Below are positions 43,276-53,305 of a DNA stretch of 64,000 nt, in pieces. Location of the stretch: positions 1 through 64,000 of the forward strand of contig CAVXGR010000017.1 in assembly GCA_963761335.1 (NCBI GenBank), given 5' to 3'. The notes beneath the pieces are model-generated. The model was given only the letters and a program-made list of their open reading frames with translations. It made no database searches and was not told the DNA's origin. The DNA comes from an uncultured delta proteobacterium. GTDB lineage: Bacteria; Desulfobacterota; Binatia; HRBIN30; BPIQ01. A program made the position numbers and the translations under genes. Numbering within the stretch: position 1 is the stretch's first letter; every line of letters begins with the position of its first letter.

Positions 43276-44451
43276 CTAGCGACGCCGCTGCTGGAGCTCG
43301 GCGCGCGCCTGGTGGGGAGTCACGATCAGTGAGCTCTGGGCCCGCTCGACCTCCTGCGCCCGCTCGGCCCGCAGATAGAGGACGATGCTCGAGCGCAACA
43401 GGGTTTCGCAAAAGGGAATGCCGGCTCCGCCGCGGGGACTGGACTCGAGAGCCCGGGCGACGGCCAGGGCGCGCCGGGCGGCGTCGCGTCTCTGCGAGGC
43501 GTGGAAGACCCATGCCATGTCCAGCAGCTGCCGGGCGATGCTCGCCTGCTTCTCGCCGCCGAACTCGGTGCTCACCGCCTCGGTAACCAGGGCATCGATC
43601 CGCTCCGCCTTTTGCGCCTCGTTCAATACCAGCGGACTCTCCTCCACGTCGCGAATGCGCTCGAGGAGGGAGCGCAGCTCGTCCTGGGTGAAGAACCAGG
43701 TGCGCAGCTCGGGCTCGCGCAGCAGCTCGTCGGAGGTGGCCAGCAGCGACTCGTCGGCGGCGACGGCGTCGCGGTCGAGAGCGGCGAAGATCGGGTGAGG
43801 CATCTGCTCCGGCGGCGGCTTCGTGCTGATCTCGGTGCGCAGGCGCGGATAGTCGCCGGTGACCTGCGTGCCGCGCTCGCCGGCCCAGCGCCAGGCCTGC
43901 GCCATGCGGTAGTCGCAGTATTGCCAGTCCACCTCGACGATGCGGATCTCGTGCTTCCGCTGCAGGTCTTCGCGGAGATGGCGGATGGCCTTGCGGGTAA
44001 CCACGTTCAGCTCCGCCTCACGCATGCCGAGCGGGTCATTGACGACGGCGTAGAGGTGCACGATGCCGCCCGGCACCGGACGCAGAAGCCAGAAGAACTG
44101 ATCGCCGGCCCCGTCGCTCGGCGACATGTAGCCCTCGATTGGTGGCGGGCCGAGGCGCAGAGGTTCCTCGCGCGGCTGCTCGGGAACGACGACGCCGCGC
44201 TGTTGGAGGCGAAAGAGCGAGCGCCGCAGCTCCTTGCGCAGCGCCTTGCTCGCGGCCGCCGCCGCCAGCTCCACCAGCGCTGCGGCGGCCGCGGCGTCCG
44301 TGTGTCTGCCGAGACGGGCGGCGATGGCCAGGTCCGCGTCGGCGTCGCGTCCCCAGGCAGCGCGCAGCGCCTCGAGGTCGTCGCCCACGCCCCACTCCCG
44401 GAGCCGTTCCTCGCCCCGGCCCCCGCCGTCACTGCCCTGCTCCTTTGCCAT
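43276..44451 (-). CDS. Hypothetical protein (about 390 aa, helical)
   Basis: Long ORF with coding-like composition, co-oriented with mrp; no motif recognised. Confidence 0.7.
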   Translation of the reverse strand: MAKEQGSDGGGRGEERLREWGVGDDLEALRAAWGRDADADLAIAARLGRHTDAAAAAALVELAAAAASKALRKELRRSLFRLQQRGVVVPEQPREEPLRLGPPPIEGYMSPSDGAGDQFFWLLRPVPGGIVHLYAVVNDPLGMREAELNVVTRKAIRHLREDLQRKHEIRIVEVDWQYCDYRMAQAWRWAGERGTQVTGDYPRLRTEISTKPPPEQMPHPIFAALDRDAVAADESLLATSDELLREPELRTWFFTQDELRSLLERIRDVEESPLVLNEAQKAERIDALVTEAVSTEFGGEKQASIARQLLDMAWVFHASQRRDAARRALAVARALESSPRGGAGIPFCETLLRSSIVLYLRAERAQEVERAQSSLIVTPHQARAELQQRRR

Positions 44452-44659
44452 CGTCCCACTGCTACCATTCCGCCGGGGGCGGGAAAAGGCGGGGCCGGGG
44501 GCGCGATTTTTTTGTTTCAATTTGATTTTTCCTGCGATAACGTCCGTTCACGACCGCTGATCTGCGGCGAAGATTGCGAAACGATTCGGCGGGGTAGGAG
44601 CGGGCGCATGAGCGCGGCGGTGGAGGGGTTTGTCTCGTCGGGCCAGGAGAACCGGACAT

Positions 44660-45130
44660 ATGGATCGACCAGCGATACACGACCTTCCCAAGGCAGACAT
44701 CGTCAACCAGCTGCGCGCTCTCGGGCTGTCGGTCGAGGCAGCGAGCCCGATGTCGCGTCACGACTTTTTGGTCGACGGTCGTGTCCGTGTCGCCGTGCGC
44801 GTCGCTTTTCCGAGCGCGTCTCGCCGCCGTGTCAAGGTCGGACGCCGCAAGTACAGCTACGTGTATCGAGCCTGGAACTTCAACTTCCACCACCGGGGCG
44901 TGGTCGGCGAGCGCTACAGCGACTTCTTCGTCTGCGTCGCTCTGGGCACCGGCAATCCCATGTCCATGGAGGAAGCCTTCATCATTCCCTGGGACGCGCT
45001 CACCGGCAAGACGTTCTACCTCCCCGAAGCGCGGCGCACGTACCGCGGCAAGTTCAAGGTCTTCCGCAACGCCTGGGAGCAGGTGGTTGCGGCCGCCCGC
45101 AGCGGCTCGGTCGATTCCCGCGCCGCCTGA
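44660..45130 (+). CDS. Hypothetical protein with PD-(D/E)xK nuclease-like pattern
   Basis: AGGAG SD; HDFLVDG-RVAVR...DFFVCV...FIIP...FRNAW pattern; basic composition. Confidence 0.65.
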   Translation: MDRPAIHDLPKADIVNQLRALGLSVEAASPMSRHDFLVDGRVRVAVRVAFPSASRRRVKVGRRKYSYVYRAWNFNFHHRGVVGERYSDFFVCVALGTGNPMSMEEAFIIPWDALTGKTFYLPEARRTYRGKFKVFRNAWEQVVAAARSGSVDSRAA

Positions 45131-45137
45131 GCCGCGG

Positions 45138-45878
45138 TCAGAGCGTCACCACCAGTCCGTCGCTCGCCAGCTCTTCGCTGATCTCCTCGCGTCGCGCCAG
45201 CACTTCGCGACCGAGGTGCGTCAGCACCAGGCGCCGGCAGCCGAGACGATCGCGGTTCTCGGCGATACGCGGGTAATCGAGATGGTTGTCGGTGCGCGTC
45301 TCGAAGAAGCTGCACTCGCAGATGAAGAGATCGCTGTCGCGGGTCTGCTCGACGAGCTCCTCGGTCCAGCCGGAATCTCCCGAGTAGACGAGCACACGCC
45401 CGGCCAGGTGTAGGCGCAGGCCGAGGGAGATGTCCCTCTGCTGGTGCGGCACCTGGAAGGGCAGCACCGCGGCCCCGCAGAGCGACTGCGGCCGTCCGGG
45501 TGGGAGGTCGATGAACTCCACTGGAAAGGGCAGCGGGCGACTCGCGGTCTCTCGATACATGGCGCGGAACACGCCGCGCACCCGCGCCTCGGTGCCGGGT
45601 GGTCCGGCGATGCGCAGCGGCCGCCGGCGTGGGCGCTCGGAGATGAGCTCGAGAAAGAGAAAGGGGAGGCCCGCGAAATGGTCCCCGTGAAAATGGCTGA
45701 GGATCACCGCGTCGATCGCCTCGGCGGAGATGTGGTGGCGCTTCATCGAGAGCAGCGAGGTCGGACCGCAATCGAGTAGCAGAGTCGTTCCCGCCGCCTC
45801 GACCAGGTAGCCGGCCATGCAATTGCCCCCGGAACCGAAGGCGTCGCCTGCGCCGAGGAAGGTGACGCGCACCTCCAT
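45138..45878 (-). CDS. MBL-fold metallohydrolase (RNase Z/BN-like)
   Basis: FLGAGDAFGSGG, LLDCG, SHFHGDHFAG, YSGDS, LTHLG. Confidence 0.88.
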   Translation of the reverse strand: MEVRVTFLGAGDAFGSGGNCMAGYLVEAAGTTLLLDCGPTSLLSMKRHHISAEAIDAVILSHFHGDHFAGLPFLFLELISERPRRRPLRIAGPPGTEARVRGVFRAMYRETASRPLPFPVEFIDLPPGRPQSLCGAAVLPFQVPHQQRDISLGLRLHLAGRVLVYSGDSGWTEELVEQTRDSDLFICECSFFETRTDNHLDYPRIAENRDRLGCRRLVLTHLGREVLARREEISEELASDGLVVTL

Positions 45879-45880
45879 GC

Positions 45881-48800
45881 TCAACCCCGGCTGCAGAGGC
45901 GACCGATCTCGCGCATGACCACGACCAGCGCCGCCAGCGTCGGCCGCGAAGCGCTCTTCACGTCCTTCATCACCGAGCCGATCGCCTCGAGCTGAGCGGC
46001 GTGGACGCGGCCGTACTCCTCGAGGCAGCGGCCGACGTCGTCGCCTCGCTGGCCGCAGTTGAGGATGTTTTGGGTGATCACCCGCCGGGCGTATACCAGT
46101 CCCTCGGCAAGCCCAGCCGCGGCGCGCTGCTCCCAACGATCCTCGCCCGCGGCGACGGTTAAGGTCTGCTGGAGCCAGTCGAGATCGATGAGCGAGTTGA
46201 TGCGGTAATAGATCTCGCCGGCGAGACCGACCGCCGTCTGCATCTCGATCGAGAGATGCGCGATCTCCAGCATCTCCGCCAGATAGTCGAGGCGCGCCAG
46301 TCGCCTCGCGGCTTCGCCCTCGAGCCCCTCCGCCTCCAGGGCTGCCTGCTGGTCCTGCGCTCGTGCCAGCGCCTCGGGCGGCAACAGGGCGTCCAGATGC
46401 GCCCCCAGCTCGAATACCGGTCCCTTCAGGCGACTGATGACCTCTGTCGCGGTATCTGTTGGACTTTGCGTCTGAATCGTCCAGTGGCAAGCGCGCTCGA
46501 TGGCCTCTTCGAGGGCGAGCATGGCGGCGACCTGAAGATTGTAGGGCAGGCCGGTCGGCGGATCGAGGAGCCGCTCATAGAGGGGCGCGGCGTCGGCGAT
46601 GGCGACGGCGACCACCCAAGCGCGCACCACGGCGGCGGCATCACTGCCGGTGTCGCGCTGCAGGCGCGACACGAAGGTCATGCCCGCAACGTCGATCAAC
46701 CGGTTGGCCACCTCTACGGCGATGATCTCGCGCCGCAAGCGGTGGCTGCGCACCGCGTGCCGGAAGCGCTCGATCACCGGGCGAGGGAAGTACGCGTCGA
46801 GGTACTGCTCGAGAGCCGGATCGTCCGGCAGAGCCGAGCTGAGAAGCCGGTGTTGGAGGGCGAGCTTGGAATGCGCCAGCAAGACGGCGAGCTCCGGGCG
46901 CGTGAGGCCGAGGAAGCTCGCTCGCCGTCCGCGCAGCGTCTCCCGGTCGGGAAGGCGATCCAGGGCTCGGTCGAGCTCGCTCTCGGTCTCCAGCCGGCGC
47001 ATCAGCTCGAGGAAATCGTAGAGACGCTTCTGGCTTCGTTGCTGCTCGATGCTGAGCGCCAGGGCCTGGCGGCGATTGGTGGCCAGCACGTGTGCGGCGA
47101 CGGCGTCGCCGACGTCGGTGAGCACGCGGTTGCGTTCCGCCGGTGCCAGCTCGCCGCTCTCCAGCAGCGGTCCGAGGGCGATCTTCAGATTCACCTCGTG
47201 GTCGGACATGTTGACGCCACCGGCGTTGTCGATGGCGTCGGTGTTGATGTGCCCGCCGCGCAGTGCGTACTCGATGCGCGCGCTCTGCGTGAAGCCGAGA
47301 TTGCCGCCTTCGCCGGCGACCCGGGCCCGCAGGCGGTCGGCATCGACGCGGACGTTGTCGTTGGCGCTGTCGCCGACGTCGGTGTGCGTTTCGGCGCTGG
47401 CTTTGACGTAGGTGCCGACACCGCCGTTCCACAGCAGGTCGACTCGCATGCAGAGGACGGCGCAAATCAGCTCCTCGCCACTCATCTCCGCGGCGTCCAC
47501 GTCCAGCATCTCCCGGACCTCGGGGCTGAGGGCGATCTTCTTCGCGGTGCGCAGGTAGACGCCGCCGCCGCCGCTGATGCGGTCGTTGCGGTAGTCGTCC
47601 CAGCCGGAGTTCGGCAAGGCGAACAGACGCTGGCGCTCCTCGAACGACGCCTTCGGGTCGGGGTCGGGATCGAGGAAGATATGACGGTGATTGAAGGCGG
47701 CGCGCAGGCGCAGGTGGGGCGACAGCAGCATGGCGTTGCCGAAGACGTCGCCGCTCATGTCGCCGATACCGGCGACCGTGATCGGGTCGCGGTCGGCGTC
47801 GGCGCCGAGCTCGCGGAAGTGGCGCCGCACGCACTCCCAGCCGCCGCGGGCGGTGATGCCGAAGGCCTTGTGGTCGTAGCCGTGCGAGCCTCCCGAGGCG
47901 AAGGCATCGCCCAACCAGAACTGGTGCGCCAGAGCCAGCTGGTTGGCGATGTCGGAAAAGGTGGCCGTGCCCTTGTCGGCGGCCACCACCAGATAGCGAT
48001 CGGGCTCGTCATAGAGGACGCCCTCGGCCGGGACCAGCCGCCCGTGCCCCAAGTTGTCGGTGAGTGCCAGCAGGCTCGAGACGAAGGTGCGATACGCCTC
48101 GATCGTCTGGCTCTTGCTGGGCGTGGTGCCGGCGCTGCCGCGCACCAAAAACCCGCCCTTGGCGCCGGTTGGAACGATCACCGCGTTCTTGGCCATCTGC
48201 GTCTTCATCAGGTCGAGAACCTCGGTGCGGTAGTCGTGGGTGCGGTCGCTCAGGCGCAGGCCGCCGCGGGCGACGCGCCCGGCGCGCAGGTGCACGCCCT
48301 CGGTGTGCGGTGCATAGACGAAGATCTCGAAGAGCGGTCGCGGCCGCGGCAGGTGCGACAGGCGGGCGGACTCGATCTTGACGGCGAGCGCCTCCGGCGG
48401 CGCCGCGGCGAAGAAGTTGCTGCGCACGGTGGCGGTCATGGTCGCCAGCAGGGCGCGCAGGATGCGGTCGTCGAGCACCGTCTCGACGGCGTCCAGGCTG
48501 CCGAGAACGCGCTGCTCGAGCTTCGGCAGCGTCTCTGCCAGGCGCTCGCGCGGGCTGCCACCGGACGGCTCGAAGCGGGCGCCGAAGTACTCCCAGAGCA
48601 GGCGCGCCGTCTGCGGGTAGCGCGACAGCGCATCGGTGCACACCGCCAGAGTCGCGACCCCGGCCTGCGCGGCGTGATTGGCGTAGACGCGGAGCAGATT
48701 GACCTGGCGCCAGGAGAGTGCCGCGGCGCTGATCAGGCAGTTCAGGCCGTCGTCGATCAAGTGGCCGTTGCGTTGCGCCAGAATCGCCTCTCCGAGCAGA

Positions 48801-50722
48801 GGCGCGGTGCGCTCGAGGTTGAAGGAGTCCGGCCGGCGCGGCTGCACCGCGAAGGCGCGGATGTGAGCCGTGCCGAGGTCGGGCAAGGGCACCTCCAGGG
48901 CGTCGTCGCCGAAGACGCGCAGGCCGAGGTTCTCGAGCACCGGCAGGAAGTCGCTCAGCACCAGCTCGTCGAGGAGATACAGCTTCACCGCCACGAAGCG
49001 GGTGTCCTCGGCGGCGGAGAGATCGACCTGCGGCTCGCGGGTGCGCTGCAGATCCTCGAGAAAGGCGACGTCGCGCGCCGCCTGCTCCACCGCCGTGGCC
49101 GCCTTGTACTGCGGCGGGAAGAGGCGCGCGTAGCGCTGTGCCAGGGAGCGCGCCCCGGGGATCTTGCCGCTCGAGACCAGGATGTCGCGGAGGCGATCGT
49201 CCCAGGTCCGCAGCATCTCGCGCACCTCGCGCCGGAGCTCGTCGCTGCCGATGCGGACCGCCGTCTCCGGCGCAGCGGCGATGTAGAAGTGCAGCCGCGC
49301 CAGCTCGCTCTCGTCCACCGACACGTGGTGATCGAGCAGTATGCCGGAGCTGGCGCGCACCACCGCCGCCTCGATGCGCCAGCGCAGGTCCGCGGAGTAT
49401 TGGTCTCGCGGCAGCACGACCATGACGAAGATGCCGCGCCCCACACTGTCGGGGCGGACGGAGACGTTGACTTCGTTCGACTGCTCGGCGGCGAGCACGA
49501 CGCGGATGTCGTCACGCAGCTCCTCGGCTGTGGCGGCGAACAGGTACTCCTTGGGAAACGAGTTGAAGAAGGTGACGATGGCGCGATAGTCGTGGGATCC
49601 ATCGAGGGCGCCTTCGGCGGCGAGGATGGCGCCCAGCTTGCGGCGCAGCAACGGCACCCCGGCCGCCTCCTCATCGTAGGCTCGGGCGGTGAACAGGCCG
49701 ATGAAGCGGCGCTCGCGGCGGATGCGGCCGCGGCGGTCGAAGTCGCGCACGCCGATGTAGTCCATGCGTGCGCGGCGGTGAATGGGGCTCTCGGTATTGG
49801 TCTTGGTGATGATGAAAGGCGGCGCCTCGAGCAGGCGCTTGCCCAGCGCCGAGGGAAGCTCGCGCAGAAGCGGGCGAGCGGCAAAACGCGAGCGGTCCTC
49901 CTTGCGCATCAGCCCGAGCCCCGAGCCCGGCTCGATGGTGACCCGTTGGTCGGGCTCCTCGCCGCCGAGCCGGTACTCGCGGAACCCCAGAAAGACGAAG
50001 CTGCCCTGGCCGAGCCATTCGAGGAAAGCGGCGAACTCTTCCGGGGGCGGCTCGCCGGCAACGGCATCCGGGCGTTGACGCAGCTCCTCGGCAATCAGGG
50101 AAGCGGTGCGGCGCATCGCCTGGTAGTCGTCGGTTACCAGCAGCACGTCGCGCAAGCGGTCGTGGAGGTCGCTCTCCAGCGACGCCAGCGTCTCGGCCTC
50201 GGCGACGCGCTCGATCTCGGCGTGCACGAAGGATTCGTGCCGCAGCAGCCGCTCGGGCGCGGCAATCGACACCGCCGCCTGCCGCGCGTCGCGCTCGCAG
50301 CCGAGCACTGGGTGCAGGAAGGTGCGGATGGCGCAGCCCTGCGCGTGCAGCGCCTCGCGTACGGTATCGACGATGAAGGGGCGATCGGCGAGCGCGGTCT
50401 CCACCACCGTCACCGGTGCGTCCCAGCCATCGCGCTCGAACTCCGGGTTGAAGACGCGCAGGCGCGGCTCGGGGCCGGGAGCGGCGAAGAATCGGTAGGC
50501 GCTGACGCACATGCCGATCAGCGATTCCTCGCCGCTGCGCTCGGCGTACTCGCTCCCGGCGCGGCCGAGGAGCAGACGGGCGAAAGTTTCGGCCGGGGCC
50601 CGCTCGCCGGGGGGAAGGCGTCCCTGGAGGTGCTCGAACAGCTGACGCTGCTGCGGGGGCTCGGCGGGCGCCTGAGCGCGCTCCTCCATCAGGCGAGCGA
50701 TGGCGCGGGTGAACTCGGCCAC
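45881..50722 (-). CDS. gdhB: Large NAD-specific glutamate dehydrogenase
   Basis: 1613 aa; ARGGLRLSDR, KNAVIVPTGAKGGF, VAADKGTATFSD, GIGDMSGDVFGN, EGGNLG. Confidence 0.95.
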   Translation of the reverse strand: MAEFTRAIARLMEERAQAPAEPPQQRQLFEHLQGRLPPGERAPAETFARLLLGRAGSEYAERSGEESLIGMCVSAYRFFAAPGPEPRLRVFNPEFERDGWDAPVTVVETALADRPFIVDTVREALHAQGCAIRTFLHPVLGCERDARQAAVSIAAPERLLRHESFVHAEIERVAEAETLASLESDLHDRLRDVLLVTDDYQAMRRTASLIAEELRQRPDAVAGEPPPEEFAAFLEWLGQGSFVFLGFREYRLGGEEPDQRVTIEPGSGLGLMRKEDRSRFAARPLLRELPSALGKRLLEAPPFIITKTNTESPIHRRARMDYIGVRDFDRRGRIRRERRFIGLFTARAYDEEAAGVPLLRRKLGAILAAEGALDGSHDYRAIVTFFNSFPKEYLFAATAEELRDDIRVVLAAEQSNEVNVSVRPDSVGRGIFVMVVLPRDQYSADLRWRIEAAVVRASSGILLDHHVSVDESELARLHFYIAAAPETAVRIGSDELRREVREMLRTWDDRLRDILVSSGKIPGARSLAQRYARLFPPQYKAATAVEQAARDVAFLEDLQRTREPQVDLSAAEDTRFVAVKLYLLDELVLSDFLPVLENLGLRVFGDDALEVPLPDLGTAHIRAFAVQPRRPDSFNLERTAPLLGEAILAQRNGHLIDDGLNCLISAAALSWRQVNLLRVYANHAAQAGVATLAVCTDALSRYPQTARLLWEYFGARFEPSGGSPRERLAETLPKLEQRVLGSLDAVETVLDDRILRALLATMTATVRSNFFAAAPPEALAVKIESARLSHLPRPRPLFEIFVYAPHTEGVHLRAGRVARGGLRLSDRTHDYRTEVLDLMKTQMAKNAVIVPTGAKGGFLVRGSAGTTPSKSQTIEAYRTFVSSLLALTDNLGHGRLVPAEGVLYDEPDRYLVVAADKGTATFSDIANQLALAHQFWLGDAFASGGSHGYDHKAFGITARGGWECVRRHFRELGADADRDPITVAGIGDMSGDVFGNAMLLSPHLRLRAAFNHRHIFLDPDPDPKASFEERQRLFALPNSGWDDYRNDRISGGGGVYLRTAKKIALSPEVREMLDVDAAEMSGEELICAVLCMRVDLLWNGGVGTYVKASAETHTDVGDSANDNVRVDADRLRARVAGEGGNLGFTQSARIEYALRGGHINTDAIDNAGGVNMSDHEVNLKIALGPLLESGELAPAERNRVLTDVGDAVAAHVLATNRRQALALSIEQQRSQKRLYDFLELMRRLETESELDRALDRLPDRETLRGRRASFLGLTRPELAVLLAHSKLALQHRLLSSALPDDPALEQYLDAYFPRPVIERFRHAVRSHRLRREIIAVEVANRLIDVAGMTFVSRLQRDTGSDAAAVVRAWVVAVAIADAAPLYERLLDPPTGLPYNLQVAAMLALEEAIERACHWTIQTQSPTDTATEVISRLKGPVFELGAHLDALLPPEALARAQDQQAALEAEGLEGEAARRLARLDYLAEMLEIAHLSIEMQTAVGLAGEIYYRINSLIDLDWLQQTLTVAAGEDRWEQRAAAGLAEGLVYARRVITQNILNCGQRGDDVGRCLEEYGRVHAAQLEAIGSVMKDVKSASRPTLAALVVVMREIGRLCSRG

Positions 50723-50725
50723 GAC

Positions 50726-51181
50726 TCAGCTCCCGGCGACCTGCAGATCGAGGCCGTACTCCCGGGCGCCCTCGAGCAGCCCCGCGGCTCCCGGCAGCTC
50801 CGCGTTGGCCCCGGCGGCGCTCGGCGCCCACGAAAGGCTGGCGCAGGCGCGCCTACGGGCACGCGCGAAGGCGAAGTCGAGAAGTTGGCGCTCGAGACCG
50901 AGACCGCGATGAGGCTCGGCCACTGCCAGCTGCTCGACGCGGGCGCGCTGCCCACTGTTGAGCTGGCGGACGTAGCTGACGTGCAGCACGCCGACGGGCC
51001 TACCGTCGGTCTCGGCAACGTAGAGATCCGACCCGAGATCGGCCGCGATGCGCCGGAAGCGGCGCAGGCTGGCCCGGTCCGGCGGTGGCGCCGGCCGCAC
51101 GCCATCCGCGAGAAGCTCCATCACCGCGGTGAAGTCGAGCCTGCGGCCGCGCCGGATCTTGTATCGGGCCTGTTCCGTCAT
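50726..51181 (-). CDS. GNAT-family acetyltransferase-like protein
   Basis: YVAETDGRPVG...VEQLAVAEPHRGLGL motif A. Confidence 0.7.
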   Translation of the reverse strand: MTEQARYKIRRGRRLDFTAVMELLADGVRPAPPPDRASLRRFRRIAADLGSDLYVAETDGRPVGVLHVSYVRQLNSGQRARVEQLAVAEPHRGLGLERQLLDFAFARARRRACASLSWAPSAAGANAELPGAAGLLEGAREYGLDLQVAGS

Positions 51182-51264
51182 TCGTTCCAGTATTAGAGGA
51201 AAGAAAAGCGAGTTGCACGCCGGCGCGCCGTGCATTCCGCGGGCCCCTCGCTATCATGTCGGCA

Positions 51265-52527
51265 ATGCCCAGGGCCATCATCGAATCGCTCGCGTATGGG
51301 GCGCACGGCATCGCCCGCGTCGACGGTAAGGTGCATTTCGTCCGCCAGGTGGTGCCCGGCGACGAGGTGGAGATCGCCGTGCGCGAGGATCACGGGGCCT
51401 ACGCCTACGCCGAGGCGACGCGGTTGATCCGGGCCGGCGCGGCACGGCGAAAACCGCCGTGCCCGTATCTGCCGCGCTGCGGCGGCTGTCCCTGGCAGCA
51501 GGTCGACTACACCGCGCAGCTTGCCGCCAAGGAGGCCGCCGTGCGCGATCTCCTGGGCCGCGTCGGCGGGCTGCGCGACGTCGAGGTGCGGCCCATCGTC
51601 GGCGGCCGCGAGTACGGCTATCGCCGTCGCCTCAGTCTCCGCGTCGAGGGCGGCCGCGTCGGCTACTTTGCCGCGGCCTCGCATGCGCTCGTCCCGGTCG
51701 AGGCCTGCCTGCTGGCCACCGCCGAGCTCGAGGGCGCCATTCCTCTGGCGCAGGAGTGGGTGGCGCGGGCGCGCACGCGCGTCAAGCGGATGGAGATCGC
51801 CGCCCGCGGAGAAGCCGATCGCTTCGTGCTGGTGGCGCAGGCGGAGGGCGGCTTCGCCGCCGCCGACGAGGCCGCGAGCCGCGATCTGCTGCGGCGCCAG
51901 CCGCGCCTCGCCGGTATCGTGCTGCGCGGCCGCGGCTGGCGGCAACGCTGGGGCGACGACGCGGTTCGCGTCCCCTTGCCCGACATCGGCGCGCTCGAGC
52001 TGCGCGCCGAGAGCTTCACGCAGGTGAACGATGCCGCCAATCAGGTGCTGGTGCGCACTGTCCTCTCCGCCGCGCGCCTGCGGCCGGAGGATCGCGTCGT
52101 TGACCTCTACGCCGGCGCCGGCAATCTGTCGCTGCCCCTGGCCCGTGCCGCCGCGGAGGTGGTCGCCGTCGAGCGCAATCCGACGAGCGTCGAGGACGGG
52201 CGCCGCAATGCCCTTCGCATCGGCATCGGCAACCTGAGCTTCATCGCTCTCGACGCCGCGGTGGCGCTGGAGCGGATCGAGGTGATCTCCCCTCGGCTCG
52301 ATTGCGTCGTCCTCGATCCACCGCGCGGCGGTGCCGCCGAAGCGATGGTGCATCTGCGGCGGCTCCGTCCGGCGCGTGTCGTCTACGTGTCCTGCAACCC
52401 GGCGACGCTGGCGCGCGACCTGAAGTCGCTGTCGGACGTCTACGCCGTGGAAAGCGTGCAGCCGATCGACTTCTTTCCGCAGACCCACCACGTGGAGACG
52501 GTGAGCGCCCTGCGGCGGCGGGCGTGA
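51265..52527 (+). CDS. rlmD: 23S rRNA m5U methyltransferase (RlmD/TrmA family)
   Basis: TRAM domain, CPYLPRCGGC, FTQVN, DLYAGAG, LDPPRGG, YVSCNP, DFFPQTHHVE; alternative start at 51256. Confidence 0.92.
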   Translation: MPRAIIESLAYGAHGIARVDGKVHFVRQVVPGDEVEIAVREDHGAYAYAEATRLIRAGAARRKPPCPYLPRCGGCPWQQVDYTAQLAAKEAAVRDLLGRVGGLRDVEVRPIVGGREYGYRRRLSLRVEGGRVGYFAAASHALVPVEACLLATAELEGAIPLAQEWVARARTRVKRMEIAARGEADRFVLVAQAEGGFAAADEAASRDLLRRQPRLAGIVLRGRGWRQRWGDDAVRVPLPDIGALELRAESFTQVNDAANQVLVRTVLSAARLRPEDRVVDLYAGAGNLSLPLARAAAEVVAVERNPTSVEDGRRNALRIGIGNLSFIALDAAVALERIEVISPRLDCVVLDPPRGGAAEAMVHLRRLRPARVVYVSCNPATLARDLKSLSDVYAVESVQPIDFFPQTHHVETVSALRRRA

Positions 52528-52544
52528 AGGGGAGAGCCGGTCTC

Positions 52545-52790
52545 TCAGTCGCACTCGTCGCCGAAGTGGGCGCGGGTGATGCGCTCCTTCAGGTACTCGA
52601 GCGTTCCCAAGTCCTCGACGATGTCGCCGCCGGTGTCGTAAAAGAAGATCTCGCCGTTCTTGTTGCGGCCGACGGCGACCAGCCATTCGAGCTCGTCGCG
52701 ATCTTCGAGAAGATAGTTGATCGTCTGTGAGACGCCTTTGCCCGGAAGGATGGTGACCTTGGGCTTGAGAGACCTACTTTGCTTGGCCAT
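52545..52790 (-). CDS. Small hypothetical protein (81 aa)
   Basis: GGGAG SD, coding-like composition, own promoter. Confidence 0.7.
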   Translation of the reverse strand: MAKQSRSLKPKVTILPGKGVSQTINYLLEDRDELEWLVAVGRNKNGEIFFYDTGGDIVEDLGTLEYLKERITRAHFGDECD

Positions 52791-52852
52791 CGGGTAACAA
52801 CTCCCTGAACGGTCACTTGCACGCGTGCCGAACGGCGTTCACTCGGAAAGGT

Positions 52853-52881
52853 ACCATACGGTCCCCGGAGTCGCCAGTCAA
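52853..52881 (-). promoter_or_regulatory. sigma70 promoter for the 81-aa gene
   Basis: Minus strand TTGACT (52881-52876), 17 nt, TATGGT (52858-52853); overlaps the Rieske gene stop codon. Confidence 0.6.
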
Positions 52882-53279
52882 TCGCGCTTCAGAGTCGGCG
52901 GTATCTCCTCCTCCGGAAGCTCGGCGATCACCTGGTCGCCTTCGACCTCGAGGGGCACGCGGGTGAGATATTTCCCACACGGCGGCCCGGCGACGCACTC
53001 GCCGGTGTCGGGGAGATAGCAGGCGCCGTGGGTGCTGCAGAGAACGTAGTCGCCCTCCTCGGTGAAGAATTGATTCTCCACCCAGTCGAGGCTCAGGGGA
53101 ATGTGACAGCAGCGATTCACGTAGGCGTGCAGCGCGCCGCCGAAGTTGAGCACGAAGGCCTCGATCTCCTGGCCGCCGATGTGGAAGACGAACTTCTTGG
53201 TGGTCCCCGGCGCCAGCTCACCGAGGCGGGCCACCGGCAGACGCAGCTGATTCTCGGAGCCCGGCAAGGCGCGCGACAT
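52878..53279 (-). CDS. Rieske 2Fe-2S ferredoxin
   Basis: CCH...CSTHGA (CxH...CxxH), GECVAGPPCG. Confidence 0.88.
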   Translation of the reverse strand: MSRALPGSENQLRLPVARLGELAPGTTKKFVFHIGGQEIEAFVLNFGGALHAYVNRCCHIPLSLDWVENQFFTEEGDYVLCSTHGACYLPDTGECVAGPPCGKYLTRVPLEVEGDQVIAELPEEEIPPTLKRD

Positions 53280-53305
53280 GTCCCTTCGCTCCGGCGCCCG
53301 GCGCC

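Noticed and set aside
46256..51196. 1646-aa ORF antisense to gdhB
   Set aside because: Mirror-frame ORF expected from high-GC codon bias; no motifs, and fully overlaps a well-supported gene.
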